The translations under genes were made by a program, and so were the position numbers. Of a stretch of DNA of 64,000 nt, positions 46,467-57,666 are shown piece by piece. The notes under the pieces were generated by a model that was not told the DNA's origin, made no database searches, and saw only the letters and a list, made by a program, of their open reading frames with translations. The stretch is from NCBI GenBank assembly GCA_018062965.1, contig JAGORG010000004.1, positions 15,055 through 79,054 of the forward strand. The letters run 5' to 3'. The first letter of the stretch is position 1. The number at the start of each line of letters is the position of its first letter. Origin of the DNA: Minisyncoccota bacterium. GTDB taxonomy: Bacteria > Patescibacteriota > Minisyncoccia > Phycocordibacterales > UBA5272.

Positions 46467-49163
46467 CTATTTCTTTGCTACAGCTTTTGCTGGAGTGATA
46501 GGACTTGGTATCTTCTTCGGGCGCTTTGCTTCAACAACAATCTCGCCTTTTTTATCGACAGTTACAACAGCACTACTTCCCTTTGCAAACTTTTTAAGGA
46601 GAATAAACTGTGCAACTTTGTTCAAGATATTTGTCTGCATGTATCGCTTGATAGGTCGTGCACCGTAGTGTGGATCAAATGACTTCTCCGCAATCAGGGC
46701 GACCGCTTCATCAGACACTTCTAGAACAATTTCCTTTTGTGCGAGGCGCTTTGCAATGTCTGCCACCTGTAGACGTACAACTTCTTTGATTTCGTCCTTG
46801 ACCAATACATCAAAGATAACAGTATCGTCGAGACGATTCAAAAACTCAGGCTTGAAGTATTCTTTCAGAGCTTCAAGCACTCGCTCTTTGACTTGGACAT
46901 ACTCTTTGCCAACTTCACCGTTTCCAAAACCGATCTGCTCCATTTTTTGAATGTACTGACTACCGATATTTGATGTCATAACAATGATCGTATTTTTGAA
47001 GTTAACCACTCGTCCCTTTGAGTCAGTGAGTCGCCCTTCATCGAGCACTTGGAGTAGCAGGTTAAACACTTCTGGGTGAGCCTTTTCTACTTCATCAAAC
47101 AATATGACAGCATACGGACGATGACGCACTGCTTCTGTGAGCTGTCCTGATTCTTCGTATCCAATATATCCAGGAGGTGAACCAATCAACTTCGATGTTG
47201 AATGTTTCTCCATGTATTCACTCATATCCACCTTGATGAGGGCTTTTTCGTCGTTGAAGATAAATTCAGCGAGAGCTTTGGTGAGCTCTGTTTTACCTAC
47301 ACCAGTAGGACCCAAGAACATAAACGAACCAATTGGTCGCTCTGGATCATTTACTCCAGCACGTGAACGTCTCACCGCATCAGATACTTTTCCAATAGCT
47401 TCACGTTGTCCAATAACTCGTTTGCCGAGCTCTTCTTCCATACGCACCAGCTTCTCCTGCTCTTCTTCAAGCATGCGCGATACAGGAATACCCGTCCAAC
47501 GAGCAACCACTCCTGCAATGTCTTCTTCGGTAATTTCTTCTTTCAAGATTCTGCGTGTCTTTTGTAGTTTGCGAAGCTTTTCGAGATTTGCGTGCAATTC
47601 TTTTGTAAGCTCTGGAATTTGCCCATAACGAATCTCTGCAACACGAGTTAGATCCGCACGAAGCTCTGCATTGTCTGCTTCTGTGCGAAGGGATTCAAGA
47701 GTCTTCTTGATTTCACCTATTTCGTTTAATGTCTTCTTTTCGTTTTGCCACTTCAGTTCAAGCTCGCGAGTTTTTTCTTGCACGTTAGCTATTTCTTCTT
47801 CGATACCTTCAATGCGTTTCTTTGTAGATGTGCCGCTTTCATCTTCTGCAGATACAAGCTCCTTTGTGAGGGCTTCTTTTTCAATTTCAAGACGCATGAT
47901 TCTGCGATGTGCTTCATCTAGTACTGGTGGCTTGTTTTCAAGTGCAATACGAAGAGCAGACGCCGCTTCGTCGATCAAATCGATAGCCTTGTCTGGCAAA
48001 TAGCGAGACGTGATATAGCGTGTCGAAAGATTTACCGCAGATACAAGCGCATCATCTGTGATACGTACACCGTGAAAGAGTTCATATTTTTCTTTGAGAC
48101 CACGCAAAATAGCAAGCGCGTCTTCTTCAGATGGTTCTTCTACAAATACTGGCTGGAAACGTCGAGCAAGTGCTGGATCTTTTTCGATATGCTTTTGATA
48201 CTCCTTCATCGTTGTCGCACCGATTGCTCGGAGTTCTCCTCGAGAAAGCGCAGGTTTGAGCAAGTTTGCAGCATCAGCAGATCCTTCTGCAGCCCCTGCT
48301 CCTACGATAGTGTGAATTTCATCGATGAACAAAATAATACCGCCTTCTGAACGCTCGATTTCTTTCATGATAGCCTTTAGACGCTCTTCGAATTCTCCGC
48401 GAAACTTTGTTCCAGCGATGAGCATACCAAGATCAAGCGAAACGAGTTCTTTGTTTTTCAAACTCTCTGGTACATCTCCCTTTGCCATACGAATAGCGAG
48501 ACCTTCAACAACCGCAGTCTTTCCAGTTCCCGCTTCTCCGATCAAAATCGGATTATTTTTTGTACGACGTGAAAGGATTTGCATCAAGCGCATGATTTCC
48601 ATATCGCGACCAATCACTGGGTCGAGTTTGTCCTGACGAGCAAGATCTGTGAAATTACGTGTGTACTTTGCAAGCGCTTTGTTCTTCTTTGGACCCTGAG
48701 CTTCGGTGATATTGTTTGCACGCAAGTCTTCAAGGATATGCTTTGCTTCGTCTTTATCGATACGAAAACGAGCCAACACTTCTCGTGCAGGACCTGCTGC
48801 TTCAAGAAGCGCCAAGAAAAGGTGCTCTGTTGAGACAAATTCATCCGAAAGACCCTGAGCAACCACCAGAGAATGCTCAAGAACCTGAGCAAGCTCAGGT
48901 GTCAGATACATTTGATATGACGGACTCATCGTAGCCCCAACTGGTGGGACTTCAATAGCATCCGCAACGGTGTCCATGAGAAGTACGAGGTCGACTTCGA
49001 GTTTTTCAAGCATTGCTTGAACAATTGACTCTTCTTGTGTCAGAAGTGCACCGAGCAAATGAAGTGGGTTCACCTGATTCTGCCCTCGCTCAATTGCTAA
49101 CTCGTGTGATTTTCGAATCGCTTCTTTGGCTTTTGTGGTGAAATTATTAAATGCTGGAGGCAT
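46467..49163 (-). CDS. clpB: ATP-dependent chaperone ClpB.
   Basis: Clp_N repeats; two AAA modules with Walker A GEAGTGKT and GPTGVGKT; a middle coiled-coil; 898 aa. Confidence 0.95.
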   Translation of the reverse strand: MPPAFNNFTTKAKEAIRKSHELAIERGQNQVNPLHLLGALLTQEESIVQAMLEKLEVDLVLLMDTVADAIEVPPVGATMSPSYQMYLTPELAQVLEHSLVVAQGLSDEFVSTEHLFLALLEAAGPAREVLARFRIDKDEAKHILEDLRANNITEAQGPKKNKALAKYTRNFTDLARQDKLDPVIGRDMEIMRLMQILSRRTKNNPILIGEAGTGKTAVVEGLAIRMAKGDVPESLKNKELVSLDLGMLIAGTKFRGEFEERLKAIMKEIERSEGGIILFIDEIHTIVGAGAAEGSADAANLLKPALSRGELRAIGATTMKEYQKHIEKDPALARRFQPVFVEEPSEEDALAILRGLKEKYELFHGVRITDDALVSAVNLSTRYITSRYLPDKAIDLIDEAASALRIALENKPPVLDEAHRRIMRLEIEKEALTKELVSAEDESGTSTKKRIEGIEEEIANVQEKTRELELKWQNEKKTLNEIGEIKKTLESLRTEADNAELRADLTRVAEIRYGQIPELTKELHANLEKLRKLQKTRRILKEEITEEDIAGVVARWTGIPVSRMLEEEQEKLVRMEEELGKRVIGQREAIGKVSDAVRRSRAGVNDPERPIGSFMFLGPTGVGKTELTKALAEFIFNDEKALIKVDMSEYMEKHSTSKLIGSPPGYIGYEESGQLTEAVRHRPYAVILFDEVEKAHPEVFNLLLQVLDEGRLTDSKGRVVNFKNTIIVMTSNIGSQYIQKMEQIGFGNGEVGKEYVQVKERVLEALKEYFKPEFLNRLDDTVIFDVLVKDEIKEVVRLQVADIAKRLAQKEIVLEVSDEAVALIAEKSFDPHYGARPIKRYMQTNILNKVAQFILLKKFAKGSSAVVTVDKKGEIVVEAKRPKKIPSPITPAKAVAKK

Positions 49164-49430
49164 AAGATATATATAGTAATTAGAATGTAGGGAACAATAA
49201 ACAAAGAATTCACAGCACCAATAAACTAATAACTAACGTAAAGATACATATACAGTTTAACAGATTACAGAGTTCAGTCGTGGTGGATAATCAGACGATT
49301 CAGGATATATTCACAATACCGATATTTGCACCATCACGCAACTTGACTTATATATAGATATATTGTATAATATAAAGATGTTCCATGTGTTGTCAACACT
49401 GTCTGTTGCCGCATGGAAAAGGAGATCTTT

Positions 49431-49709
49431 ATGAAGTCCGTACCCATTCTTGGGTTGAAGATTTTTGCAACTGCGGTAGCGGTGTGGCTTGTGATGCTTG
49501 CGCTTCGCGCAGACCCCAAGTTTGCTACATGGATTGCGGCAACTGTCGCAATGGGTGCCTACCGCAACGAGCTCACAGAGTTCGTGCTTGACCCATTCGC
49601 AAAAGACGTACTCGGCATGCAGCTCCCGACGCCAAGCTGGATCAGTAAGCCCAACCTGACCGCTCTACTTGCGTCTCTGGCGGCCGGACTGAGCCTGCTG
49701 TTTGCTTGA
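49431..49709 (+). CDS. Small GC-rich membrane protein.
   Basis: Consensus promoter (TTGACT 49343-49348, TATAAT 49366-49371). AAGGAG RBS lies 8 nt before ATG 49431. Two TM helices. Terminator at about 49715-49742. GC content is well above the flanks. Confidence 0.5.
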   Translation: MKSVPILGLKIFATAVAVWLVMLALRADPKFATWIAATVAMGAYRNELTEFVLDPFAKDVLGMQLPTPSWISKPNLTALLASLAAGLSLLFA

Positions 49710-49828
49710 CCAACCACCGACCATCCCAGGTCGGTTTTTATATTTTTGACAAAACTATACATATAGTGTAGTTTTAATCCCGGCTGTACTTAGGCATATC
49801 GCCTTCAATCAACATACGGAGAAACACC

Positions 49829-50239
49829 ATGATCACTTTCTTTTATGAACTCTTTGGTGCCTTTCGTGGCATTGATTGGTTCCTGATCATTCTCTTAGGC
49901 ATGTTACTCACGTTATCTTTCATTGTAGGAATAACTGAAAACTCCCTCTACAGGGAAATCGAAATGGAGACCCTAATGCAAGGCTTTAATGTGCATGTAT
50001 TAACATCTCTGTACATGAGCCCTTTTATGTACGCATTCATTGTGTACGAAAATGAAAAGATATTTTCCATCCTTGGAAACGTACATGTCTTTATACCCTA
50101 CATCATTGGTATTCTTTTCCCATTTTTGGTTATCGCGCTACATGTAATCCTTCTCCTGGGAGGGGTAATCATTCGCGCCTTACCAGGCAATCTATACGAT
50201 TGGTATCAGTGGAAAAAGATGGCCACCCAATATCACTAA
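49829..50239 (+). CDS. Hypothetical membrane protein.
   Basis: Four hydrophobic helices. A terminator hairpin (AAACCGGTC...GCCGGTTTT) follows at 50252-50280. Confidence 0.55.
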   Translation: MITFFYELFGAFRGIDWFLIILLGMLLTLSFIVGITENSLYREIEMETLMQGFNVHVLTSLYMSPFMYAFIVYENEKIFSILGNVHVFIPYIIGILFPFLVIALHVILLLGGVIIRALPGNLYDWYQWKKMATQYH

Positions 50240-50280
50240 AACATAAAAACAAACCGGTCTTTTCAGGCCGGTTTTATTAT

Positions 50281-50841
50281 TTATACAAATCGTTTTTCAA
50301 CAACACTCCAATCAATTGCATTCATGAATGCTGCGATGTAATCTGCTTTCTTAATACCGTAATCAGTCATATATGCATGTTCCCAGCAATCCATTACAAG
50401 AAGAACTTTGCAGTTAACTGGAATACCTTGCTCATGCTCACGAACCCATGTTATAAATAGCTCTCCATTTGTAGGATCTTCAAAAAGAACAACCCATCCG
50501 ATGCCACGCATCATCCCTTTTGCTTTAAAGCACTCAACCCATTTTTCATAGCCACCATAAATCTTTTCAATTTTTTCCTTAAGAACCCCTCTGACTTCTG
50601 TTTTTTCTTTGGTCATATTCTCGAAATAGAGTTCATGCATACGCATACCATCAAATTCCCAACCGAAACGTCGTTCAAGTTCACTTGCTTCGACAGATGA
50701 TTGTTCTGCAGCTTCTAACTTTTCAACAAGAAGATTTACGTTCTTCACATACCCCTGATACAACGTGAAGTGATTGTTGAGTAACGTATCTGAAAAACCT
50801 GGAAGCCCGAGCAAATGTGAAAAATCTTTTGGTTCGTACAT
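50281..50841 (-). CDS. sodA: Superoxide dismutase, Fe/Mn family.
   Basis: C-terminal DCWEHAYM (matching the D..WEHAYY metal ligands) and a central GMRMHELYF region. Confidence 0.8.
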   Translation of the reverse strand: MYEPKDFSHLLGLPGFSDTLLNNHFTLYQGYVKNVNLLVEKLEAAEQSSVEASELERRFGWEFDGMRMHELYFENMTKEKTEVRGVLKEKIEKIYGGYEKWVECFKAKGMMRGIGWVVLFEDPTNGELFITWVREHEQGIPVNCKVLLVMDCWEHAYMTDYGIKKADYIAAFMNAIDWSVVEKRFV

Positions 50842-50901
50842 ATAAATAGTAATTAGTTGGTAGTAAGTAGTATACAGTGTAATACAACAAAAAATCGCTT
50901 G

Positions 50902-52146
50902 CTACTTGCTGAAGTTTTCTTGTATCTCTTTCATAGCACGCACAAGTGCGTCCATATCCCCTTTGGTTGTATCTCTTCCAAGCGTGATGCGTATATTTTG
51001 AAGAGCTTCTTCACGAGACGCGCCAAGTGCTTCTATCACATAACTGCCGTCCGTCTCAGATGATGCACACGCACTCTTGTGAGACACTGCAAACCCTTTC
51101 GCATCTAGTCGAATAATCATCTCATCCGATGAAATCCCTGGTATGCGACAGTTGATGTTATTTGGAAGACGCTTTTCATCATGAAGCACACGCACTCCGT
51201 TGTGTGACATATATTCATCCCATGCACCATAGAATGTAATCCCTTGTATAGATTTCTGTAGTTCTTCATACGCATAATCACGCACATCGCGCAGTCGAGC
51301 ACTTTCTCGCTCTCTCATTTCGTACGCTTCACGAAGTGCTACACCAAATGCATACAAGCTTGGTGCGTTTTCTGTACCACTACGAAGTCCGCGTTCCTGT
51401 CCGCCGCCAAACAAAACTTCACCCAAACGAAGACCTTCACGTTTATACAAAAGCGCTGTACCTTTTGGCCCATAACACTTGCTTCCATTTACTGTCATCA
51501 GATGACACTTGAGACGCACCACATCTAGGTTCAAATAATTCGCCGCCTGACATGCGTCTGTGTGCAGATATGGATATTCGTTAAATGTCCTACCATTTTC
51601 TCGCTTCCACTCATCTATCGCGCGTCCGATTTCTTTTATAGGTAAAATAGTCCCGATTTCGTTATTTGCATACATGATAGATACGAGTATCGTATCTTCA
51701 GATAACGCTTCTCGTATATCCTGCACACGAACAATACCTTCTTTAGAAACAGGTATGTATGTCACACGGACTTTACCAGCCCGCTCGAGATGACGAATAG
51801 GTTCAAGCACACTTGGATGCTCTATCGTACTCGTGATGATATGTGGGATGTTTGTCGATGCTTTCTGGTGCGCGTTATACGTGCCCAAAATAGCCATGTT
51901 GCAACTCTCAGTTCCAGAGGATGCAAAATATATTTCGTATCCATGAGCATTAAGTGTAGACGCACACAAACCGCGCGCTCTATCTAGTAGATTTCCAGCC
52001 TCAACCCCTTCTTTATGAATACCTGATGCATTTCCATAGGTAGTAAGAGATGCGATGAGTGCATCCTGTGACTGTTTACTGATGTGAGTTGCTCCTGCAT
52101 TGTCTAAATAGACACGTTTTTGTGTAGATCGTAAAAAAGAAAACAT
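50902..52146 (-). CDS. Cysteine desulfurase (class V aminotransferase, NifS/IscS-like).
   Basis: PLP-lysine region (NGSKCYGPKG) and the active-site Cys loop (SHKSACASSE). Confidence 0.85.
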   Translation of the reverse strand: MFSFLRSTQKRVYLDNAGATHISKQSQDALIASLTTYGNASGIHKEGVEAGNLLDRARGLCASTLNAHGYEIYFASSGTESCNMAILGTYNAHQKASTNIPHIITSTIEHPSVLEPIRHLERAGKVRVTYIPVSKEGIVRVQDIREALSEDTILVSIMYANNEIGTILPIKEIGRAIDEWKRENGRTFNEYPYLHTDACQAANYLNLDVVRLKCHLMTVNGSKCYGPKGTALLYKREGLRLGEVLFGGGQERGLRSGTENAPSLYAFGVALREAYEMRERESARLRDVRDYAYEELQKSIQGITFYGAWDEYMSHNGVRVLHDEKRLPNNINCRIPGISSDEMIIRLDAKGFAVSHKSACASSETDGSYVIEALGASREEALQNIRITLGRDTTKGDMDALVRAMKEIQENFSK

Positions 52147-52296
52147 GATAATGGTGATATATACCCAAACTCTACCATACAAAATAAAAAGCGCTTCCTT
52201 CGCTACTTCCCCATGCGGGGATATGTAAACGAGGAAGCGCGGTGGTCGACCGTCAGATGGAGACAGGGCTCAGATCAATCGACAGTGACCGGGCGA

Positions 52297-52614
52297 TCAG
52301 ACATCGCTCGGGTCGGTACTGCCCGTGCCCAGGTGTGTGGGCGGAGCTTGCGCGGTCAGGCAGCTGGAACCGCCACCATTGGCCGAAGTGATGCCGCCCG
52401 AGCCGCCACCGTTGATCGTCTTCATGCCGGTCACGTCACTGGAGCCACCGCCGGGGTTCATCTTGGTGATACCGTCTGCACTCGCAATGGACACGCCAGT
52501 GATCATGAGGGCGCCGCCCTGGAACGTGTTGATGTTGGTCGGGGGAGCTTGGCCGGCAGATGCCACGCCAGCAGCGCAAGCCAGAACGGCGAGCGCAATC
52601 AGGGACTTTTTCAT
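52297..52614 (-). CDS. Secreted glycine-rich small protein in a GC-rich islet.
   Basis: AGGAGA RBS before ATG 52614. Signal peptide MKKSLIALAVLACAAGVASA. Gly/Ser-rich repeats follow (GGGSSDVTG, GGGSGGITS, GGGSS). Confidence 0.5.
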   Translation of the reverse strand: MKKSLIALAVLACAAGVASAGQAPPTNINTFQGGALMITGVSIASADGITKMNPGGGSSDVTGMKTINGGGSGGITSANGGGSSCLTAQAPPTHLGTGSTDPSDV

Positions 52615-52779
52615 GTCGTTTCTCCTGGGTTCAATAATCACGCGGAAATTTTTTTGTACAAGCATAAAGGTATTCCGATAACCTTTACCTACCCAAACTC
52701 TAGCACACAGGAATCATGCCATACAAGAGTTATGCACATATTCTTTTCTTACATTTTTTTCTGTTACAATACATCACAC

Positions 52780-53268
52780 ATGAATCTCTCTGCGATTATT
52801 TCTTATATAACCACCTACCCATCTATCCCGCTTGCTATCGCACTTGGTATCGTTCTTGCATACGTCGTTTACCTCCACCGCAAAATCCACCACTTTACAA
52901 AAGGTGAAACTGGGGCATCACTTGAGTCTCTCATCAAAAACTGCATCGACAGCGTCAAAGATATAGAAGACCGTAACGAACTCATCTCAAAACACGCTCT
53001 GTCACTCGATACACGACTATCTCATGCGCTCCGCAATGTACACATGATGCGCTACAAAGCATTTGAACAAAACGGATCAAATCAATCGTTCTCACTCGCA
53101 CTCGTAAACGAAAAAGGAAATGGAGTTATCATCTCTACACTTCACTCTCATGACCGCGTGAGCACCTTTGCAAAGCCGATAGAAAAATATACGAGCACCT
53201 ATGAACTCACCGACGAAGAAAAAGAAGTTCTCAGCAAGAGCAAAGACGAGCACCGCAGTATCCGTTAA
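52780..53268 (+). CDS. DUF4446-family protein.
   Basis: N-terminal TM then the conserved ...MMRYKAFEQNGSNQSFSLALVNEKGNGVIISTLHSHD... block. It is the 3' portion of ORF-track entry 52213..53268. Confidence 0.6.
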   Translation: MNLSAIISYITTYPSIPLAIALGIVLAYVVYLHRKIHHFTKGETGASLESLIKNCIDSVKDIEDRNELISKHALSLDTRLSHALRNVHMMRYKAFEQNGSNQSFSLALVNEKGNGVIISTLHSHDRVSTFAKPIEKYTSTYELTDEEKEVLSKSKDEHRSIR

Positions 53269-53325
53269 TCAACCCAAAGACCTAGCAATCTAAGCGATTT
53301 TGTGGTATTATTGTAAAACATTTTT

Positions 53326-54840
53326 ATGGCTACATCTTCATCTCAAACATTGTCCCCTCGTCAACCGGTTATCGCGGTTCTTGGGCACGTCGACCACGGC
53401 AAAAGTTCTCTTTTGGACTTTATCCGCAAATCAAACGTCGTAGACGGTGAAGCAGGTGGCATCACACAGCGTATTTCGGCATACGAAGTCAGCTTTACCG
53501 GTGAATCAAAGCTCGCTCGCAAAATCACCTTCCTTGATACTCCAGGACATGAAGCATTTCAATCGATGCGTGAGCGCGGCGTAGAAATCGCAGACATTGC
53601 CATCCTCGTTGTTTCAGCAGAAGACGGCGTAAAAGCTCAAACACTCGAAGCATGGAAAACAATTGACACTCGAAAAATCCCCTATGTTGTAGCTATCAAC
53701 AAAATCGACAAGCCAGGAGCTGATGTTCAAAAAACAAAAAACTCTCTCGTTGAAAACGGTATCTATATCGAAGGGTACGGTGGAGATGTTCCATGTGTAG
53801 AAATCTCTGCAAAAACAGGACAAGGAATCGATTTCCTTCTTGAAACACTTGTTCTCGTTGCTGATATCGCAGAACTCACAGCAAATCTAACTATAGATGC
53901 AACGGGATATGTTCTTGAAAGCTTTGTGGACCAGAAGCGCGGTGTTTCTGCAACACTCATCATCAAAGACGGAACACTTGCTACAAGCGGGGCAATCATG
54001 GCAGGCACTGCTGTTTCCCCTATTCGTATTGTCGAAGACTTTACAGGTAAACCAATTCGCGCACCACATGCAGGGCAACCAATCAAAGTAACTGGTTTTG
54101 ATGATATCCCAGCATCAGGATCTGTATTTATATCTTCATCAGATAAAAAAGAACTCGAGAAGCTACAATCAGAAGCAAAGCAAAACGCAGTCAAAGATGT
54201 TCTTGATCCTCGTGTATATCGAAATGCAAAAGTGGTAATCCCTGTTGCGATTAAAGCAGACTCACTTGGAACATTGGATGCTGTTGTGCGAGAACTCAAA
54301 AAACGCGAAACAGATGACGTCAAGATAAAAATCATCGGAAAAGGAATCGGGGCCATCAGTGAAGGAGATATCATGCTTGCTTCATCTGATGAAAAAGCGG
54401 TTGTACTTGGTTTTGCTGTAAAGCTCGACCCGCGCGCTCGCGAACAATCAGAACGATTTGCTATCGAACCACAACTCTTTGATATCATCTACAAACTCGG
54501 TGAATGGTTTGACACACTCGTTGAATCTCGCCTTCCATACGAAGAAAAAGAAACGATTCTTGGAACTCTCAAAGTCCTCAAAAACTTTTCAACACAAAAA
54601 GACAAGCACGTTATCGGTGGACGTGTAGAAACAGGTCGCATCCAACTTAACTCACTCGTCAAAATCGTTCGTCGTGGCGTAGAACTCGGTCGTGGACGCG
54701 TGATTGAACTTCAGTCACAAAAGATTAAGACAAACGAAGTCCTCGAAGGTACAGAATGTGGTCTCATGGTGGAATCAAAGATAGACATGATTCCAACTGA
54801 CATCCTCGAGTCTGTTGTTGTTGAAAAACTAAAAATGTAA
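53326..54840 (+). CDS. infB: Translation initiation factor IF-2, short form.
   Basis: G-domain motifs GHVDHGKSS, DTPGH and NKID. Domains II through C2 are present; there is no N-terminal extension (504 aa). Confidence 0.9.
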   Translation: MATSSSQTLSPRQPVIAVLGHVDHGKSSLLDFIRKSNVVDGEAGGITQRISAYEVSFTGESKLARKITFLDTPGHEAFQSMRERGVEIADIAILVVSAEDGVKAQTLEAWKTIDTRKIPYVVAINKIDKPGADVQKTKNSLVENGIYIEGYGGDVPCVEISAKTGQGIDFLLETLVLVADIAELTANLTIDATGYVLESFVDQKRGVSATLIIKDGTLATSGAIMAGTAVSPIRIVEDFTGKPIRAPHAGQPIKVTGFDDIPASGSVFISSSDKKELEKLQSEAKQNAVKDVLDPRVYRNAKVVIPVAIKADSLGTLDAVVRELKKRETDDVKIKIIGKGIGAISEGDIMLASSDEKAVVLGFAVKLDPRAREQSERFAIEPQLFDIIYKLGEWFDTLVESRLPYEEKETILGTLKVLKNFSTQKDKHVIGGRVETGRIQLNSLVKIVRRGVELGRGRVIELQSQKIKTNEVLEGTECGLMVESKIDMIPTDILESVVVEKLKM

Positions 54841-54843
54841 TCT

Positions 54844-55233
54844 ATGGATGCAAACCGAGAACCAACCCAACGTCAGCTAAAAGTAACTCTTGAAGTCCAA
54901 GGACTTGCACAGGATTTCTTTCAGCGTGAGTCATCTGGTGCTTCTATGATAACCGTGACACGAGCAGAAGTGTCAGCCGATATGCGTCACGGAACTATTT
55001 TTATTTCAGTACTTCCAGAAAACAAAGAGGCCGCTGCGCTAGATTTTGCAAAACGCATGCGAACAGATTTGCGAAAGTATGTCATGAAGCGACTACCGGT
55101 GCGTGTTATTCCATTTTTTGAAATCGAAGTAGACTACGGAGAAAAGAATCGCAGAAACATCGATGACATCCTCCGCAAAGAAAAACTTGAACGAGGAACT
55201 GTAGAAGAGAAAGCTGTCGAGGAAACAGACTAA
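54844..55233 (+). CDS. rbfA: Ribosome-binding factor A.
   Basis: KH-like RbfA fold; immediately downstream of infB. A terminator hairpin sits at 55247-55275. Confidence 0.85.
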   Translation: MDANREPTQRQLKVTLEVQGLAQDFFQRESSGASMITVTRAEVSADMRHGTIFISVLPENKEAAALDFAKRMRTDLRKYVMKRLPVRVIPFFEIEVDYGEKNRRNIDDILRKEKLERGTVEEKAVEETD

Positions 55234-55285
55234 AATACACAAGAAAAGCGCGCCTACGGCGCGCTTTTCTCTGCGTTTCTAACCC

Positions 55286-55313
55286 CTCCCAATACTTGAC
55301 AAAATGTATATTT
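55286..55313 (+). promoter_or_regulatory. Consensus sigma-70-type promoter driving GC-rich gene A.
   Basis: TTGACA (55286-55291), a 16-nt spacer, then TGTATAAT (55306-55313). It is nearly identical to the cassette at 56536-56563. Confidence 0.5.
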
Positions 55314-55421
55314 TATGTATAATATAATATGACATTTGTCGTTAGGACGACATGTCAGTTGTACCTCGTTTTTTTTAATTCAACCCAAGCCCTTCAAGGC
55401 TTTTACTTCTGGAGATATCAC

Positions 55422-56420
55422 ATGGGAAGTGGAAAATCCTTTCGTCGCGAAGACAAGCGCGCCATCCCGCGCGGCCCCGGCCCTCAAGCCAGTCGTGCCG
55501 CAATCCTGTCCCGTCAGTCTGAGACCCGCCACCAACCGGCACCTGCATGGACCTGGATCACAGGTGAAGACGCCTTGGTGAAAGCTTGCCTGGATATGCT
55601 GCATGGCATTCCTGGCATGTACCCGATCTTCGGCATCAAACTGGAAATCCAGGTGCGCCAAAGCAAAACCGAAGACTACCCAGTCCTCGTTTACTACGGC
55701 GCCGAAGCGAGCGACAGGCACGAAGGCCTACACGAGACGGATATGAGGGATGGCTTTGCTATGAGCCCTGACTCCTTGAAGTGGAACGTGACCAAAACCA
55801 CGCGCTTCAAAACTGAGTGGCATGAACTACTCACTCGCACGCTCCTGGGGCAACCTGAGATGCAAATGGCACGCCAAGACTTCTTCGCAGAACAAGAGAA
55901 GCTCGCTAAGCAACAAGATGAACAGGCTCGCGAGGCACAAACCAAGCGAACCAGTCTCGTCGCTCGCCTGCGAAACCAAGTGGCTACGCCCATGACGGAA
56001 CCCGCCGACCTGCCGATCGCCGAAAAAGCGCGCCCGCAAAGGCGCCAGAAACCGGAGTACCCGGAAGTCGACCACATCAGTGAACTGATCGACGGTGACA
56101 TCTGCGTCTTTTACCACTATTCGGGGACAACCCTGAAGACCTGCGAAGGCGACAAGAGGCAACTCGTGGTCCGCATCAGTGGGCTGAAGGACGAAAATCA
56201 CCCGATGTTCCGTGCATCCCAGCTGAACGTGTTCGCCTTCCTCGACGAGGTCGTCGAGGAGCCGGAAAACCCCAAGCTCGAGACCGAAATGCAGCGTGAA
56301 GGTCAAGCATTCCGCGTGTGGCTGCGCGAAGAAGGTATCCTGAACACACCGCAGCAGTCTACTGAGGGTGAACCCTCGGGAAACGTGGTGGGCACCGCGA
56401 CAGAATTGTCGACTTCCTGA
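55422..56420 (+). CDS. Hypothetical protein (GC-rich, foreign codon usage), gene A.
   Basis: GGAGA RBS lies 7 nt before ATG 55422. GC3 is very high relative to neighbours. Basic N-terminus MGSGKSFRREDKRAIPRGPG; no recognisable domain. A terminator hairpin sits at 56479-56527. Confidence 0.6.
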   Translation: MGSGKSFRREDKRAIPRGPGPQASRAAILSRQSETRHQPAPAWTWITGEDALVKACLDMLHGIPGMYPIFGIKLEIQVRQSKTEDYPVLVYYGAEASDRHEGLHETDMRDGFAMSPDSLKWNVTKTTRFKTEWHELLTRTLLGQPEMQMARQDFFAEQEKLAKQQDEQAREAQTKRTSLVARLRNQVATPMTEPADLPIAEKARPQRRQKPEYPEVDHISELIDGDICVFYHYSGTTLKTCEGDKRQLVVRISGLKDENHPMFRASQLNVFAFLDEVVEEPENPKLETEMQREGQAFRVWLREEGILNTPQQSTEGEPSGNVVGTATELSTS

Positions 56421-56535
56421 AGTCGATTTTCCGTATCGGTGCCGCCAAAGGTGCCTAAGCCAACAATGGCTTCATAATAGCGTATCTACCTAGCTTTTTA
56501 GCGACAGTAGATACGCTGTTTTTTATTTTCTATAC

Positions 56536-56563
56536 TTGACAAAATACATATTTCGTGTATAAT
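56536..56563 (+). promoter_or_regulatory. Consensus sigma-70-type promoter driving GC-rich gene B; a paralogue of 55286-55313.
   Basis: ATACTTGACAAAAT(A/G)(C/T)ATATTT(C/T)(G/A)TGTATAATATA is shared between the two cassettes, with about 31 of 36 nt identical. Confidence 0.5.
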
Positions 56564-56637
56564 ATATATTAGCCCTTTGAACGATTCTGTTCATTGGATT
56601 CTTTGAAAACTCCCCTGTTGAATTGAAGGAGAAAGTA

Positions 56638-57666
56638 ATGGCAAAGACCAAAACAACCCAGCAAAAGAAATCCCCACATGGGAAAGTAAACCCCGTGAAC
56701 ATGGGAACTCCGGGCGCAAACATCGCCCGAAGCGAAGCTGGTCGTTTGCACAAGAAGCAGGTGCAAAAAGTGCGCCATAATAGCGCTGTCGCACAACGTG
56801 AAGCAGCGCAGCATGTCGAGCATCGCAAGCTGACTATCCAGTTCGACTCTCTGTCCCGAAACTACGAAGCAATGCTTCGTGGCACACAGGGCAAATCCTT
56901 CGGACTGAGACTGAACAAGTCATTCGAAAACTATTCTGCTTTTGGCATAATCAGAATGGAAATCCGTATCTGCGGCAAACACAACTTGCCGTCGATCATG
57001 GTGACTGGTTCAACCTTCGACCCCATCCCGGAGAGCGAAGGGAACTTCTTGCCATTGGTTACGCTGGCGCACAAGACCCTGAAAGACGTTGGTCAACCGA
57101 AGCACGTCCTCGACTGGCAGGTGGAACTCCATTCGACGCTCCGCCATTTCCTGAAAGACGAACTCGGAGCAAACCCTCCCTTCAGCTCCAAACTGACACC
57201 GCCTGTTCACATCGTTGCTCCGCAGCTTCAACTCCGACCGCAACGCACCGCAGATCACGAGTCTGCAACTGCACAAGCAAATAAAAGCGAAGAAGGGGTG
57301 GATGTCACCGGCCACAAGCCGCTGACAGGCACCCAATTCTTCGCAAAGGATACATCTGGCATCTACACCCACGAAAAAAATGGGTGTCTCGCCTACTTCC
57401 GGTTGGAGCGTATCGCCGGCGTGCAATCGTTCAAACTGGTTGCAGTGGACGAAGGCCATCCGCTCATGCACTGCCTGGAGCACCACGACACCGTCCATGT
57501 GCACCTGCAGGACCTACCGGCGAACAACCGCCCATATGGTGCACTGCAGGAAATGCGCAACGCGCGCGAGTGTGTACGCCAGTACCTGCGCCAGGTCGGC
57601 ATGAGTTTCGGCATCAAACCGAAAATGAAACATGGCTCCCCTGAACAGCAGCAATCAGTGGCCTGA
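56638..57666 (+). CDS. Hypothetical protein (GC-rich, foreign codon usage), gene B.
   Basis: GAAGGAGA RBS lies 5 nt before the ATG. Basic N-terminus MAKTKTTQQKKSPHGK...; no recognisable domain. An intrinsic terminator sits at about 57692-57728. Confidence 0.6.
   Translation: MAKTKTTQQKKSPHGKVNPVNMGTPGANIARSEAGRLHKKQVQKVRHNSAVAQREAAQHVEHRKLTIQFDSLSRNYEAMLRGTQGKSFGLRLNKSFENYSAFGIIRMEIRICGKHNLPSIMVTGSTFDPIPESEGNFLPLVTLAHKTLKDVGQPKHVLDWQVELHSTLRHFLKDELGANPPFSSKLTPPVHIVAPQLQLRPQRTADHESATAQANKSEEGVDVTGHKPLTGTQFFAKDTSGIYTHEKNGCLAYFRLERIAGVQSFKLVAVDEGHPLMHCLEHHDTVHVHLQDLPANNRPYGALQEMRNARECVRQYLRQVGMSFGIKPKMKHGSPEQQQSVA

Noticed and set aside
47137-48636. Several plus-strand ORFs (92-163 aa) inside clpB.
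   Set aside because: They are antisense to ClpB and have a Ser/Arg-rich low-complexity composition.
52213-53268. The 351-aa plus-strand ORF from the six-frame track.
   Set aside because: The first two-thirds is open only because it runs antisense through the GC-rich islet and Gly-rich gene (Arg/Ala/Gly-rich nonsense translation). The DUF4446-like part starts at ATG 52780.
53763-54488. Minus-strand 241-aa ORF inside infB.
   Set aside because: It is antisense to IF-2. Its Ser/Thr/Ala-rich composition has no motifs.
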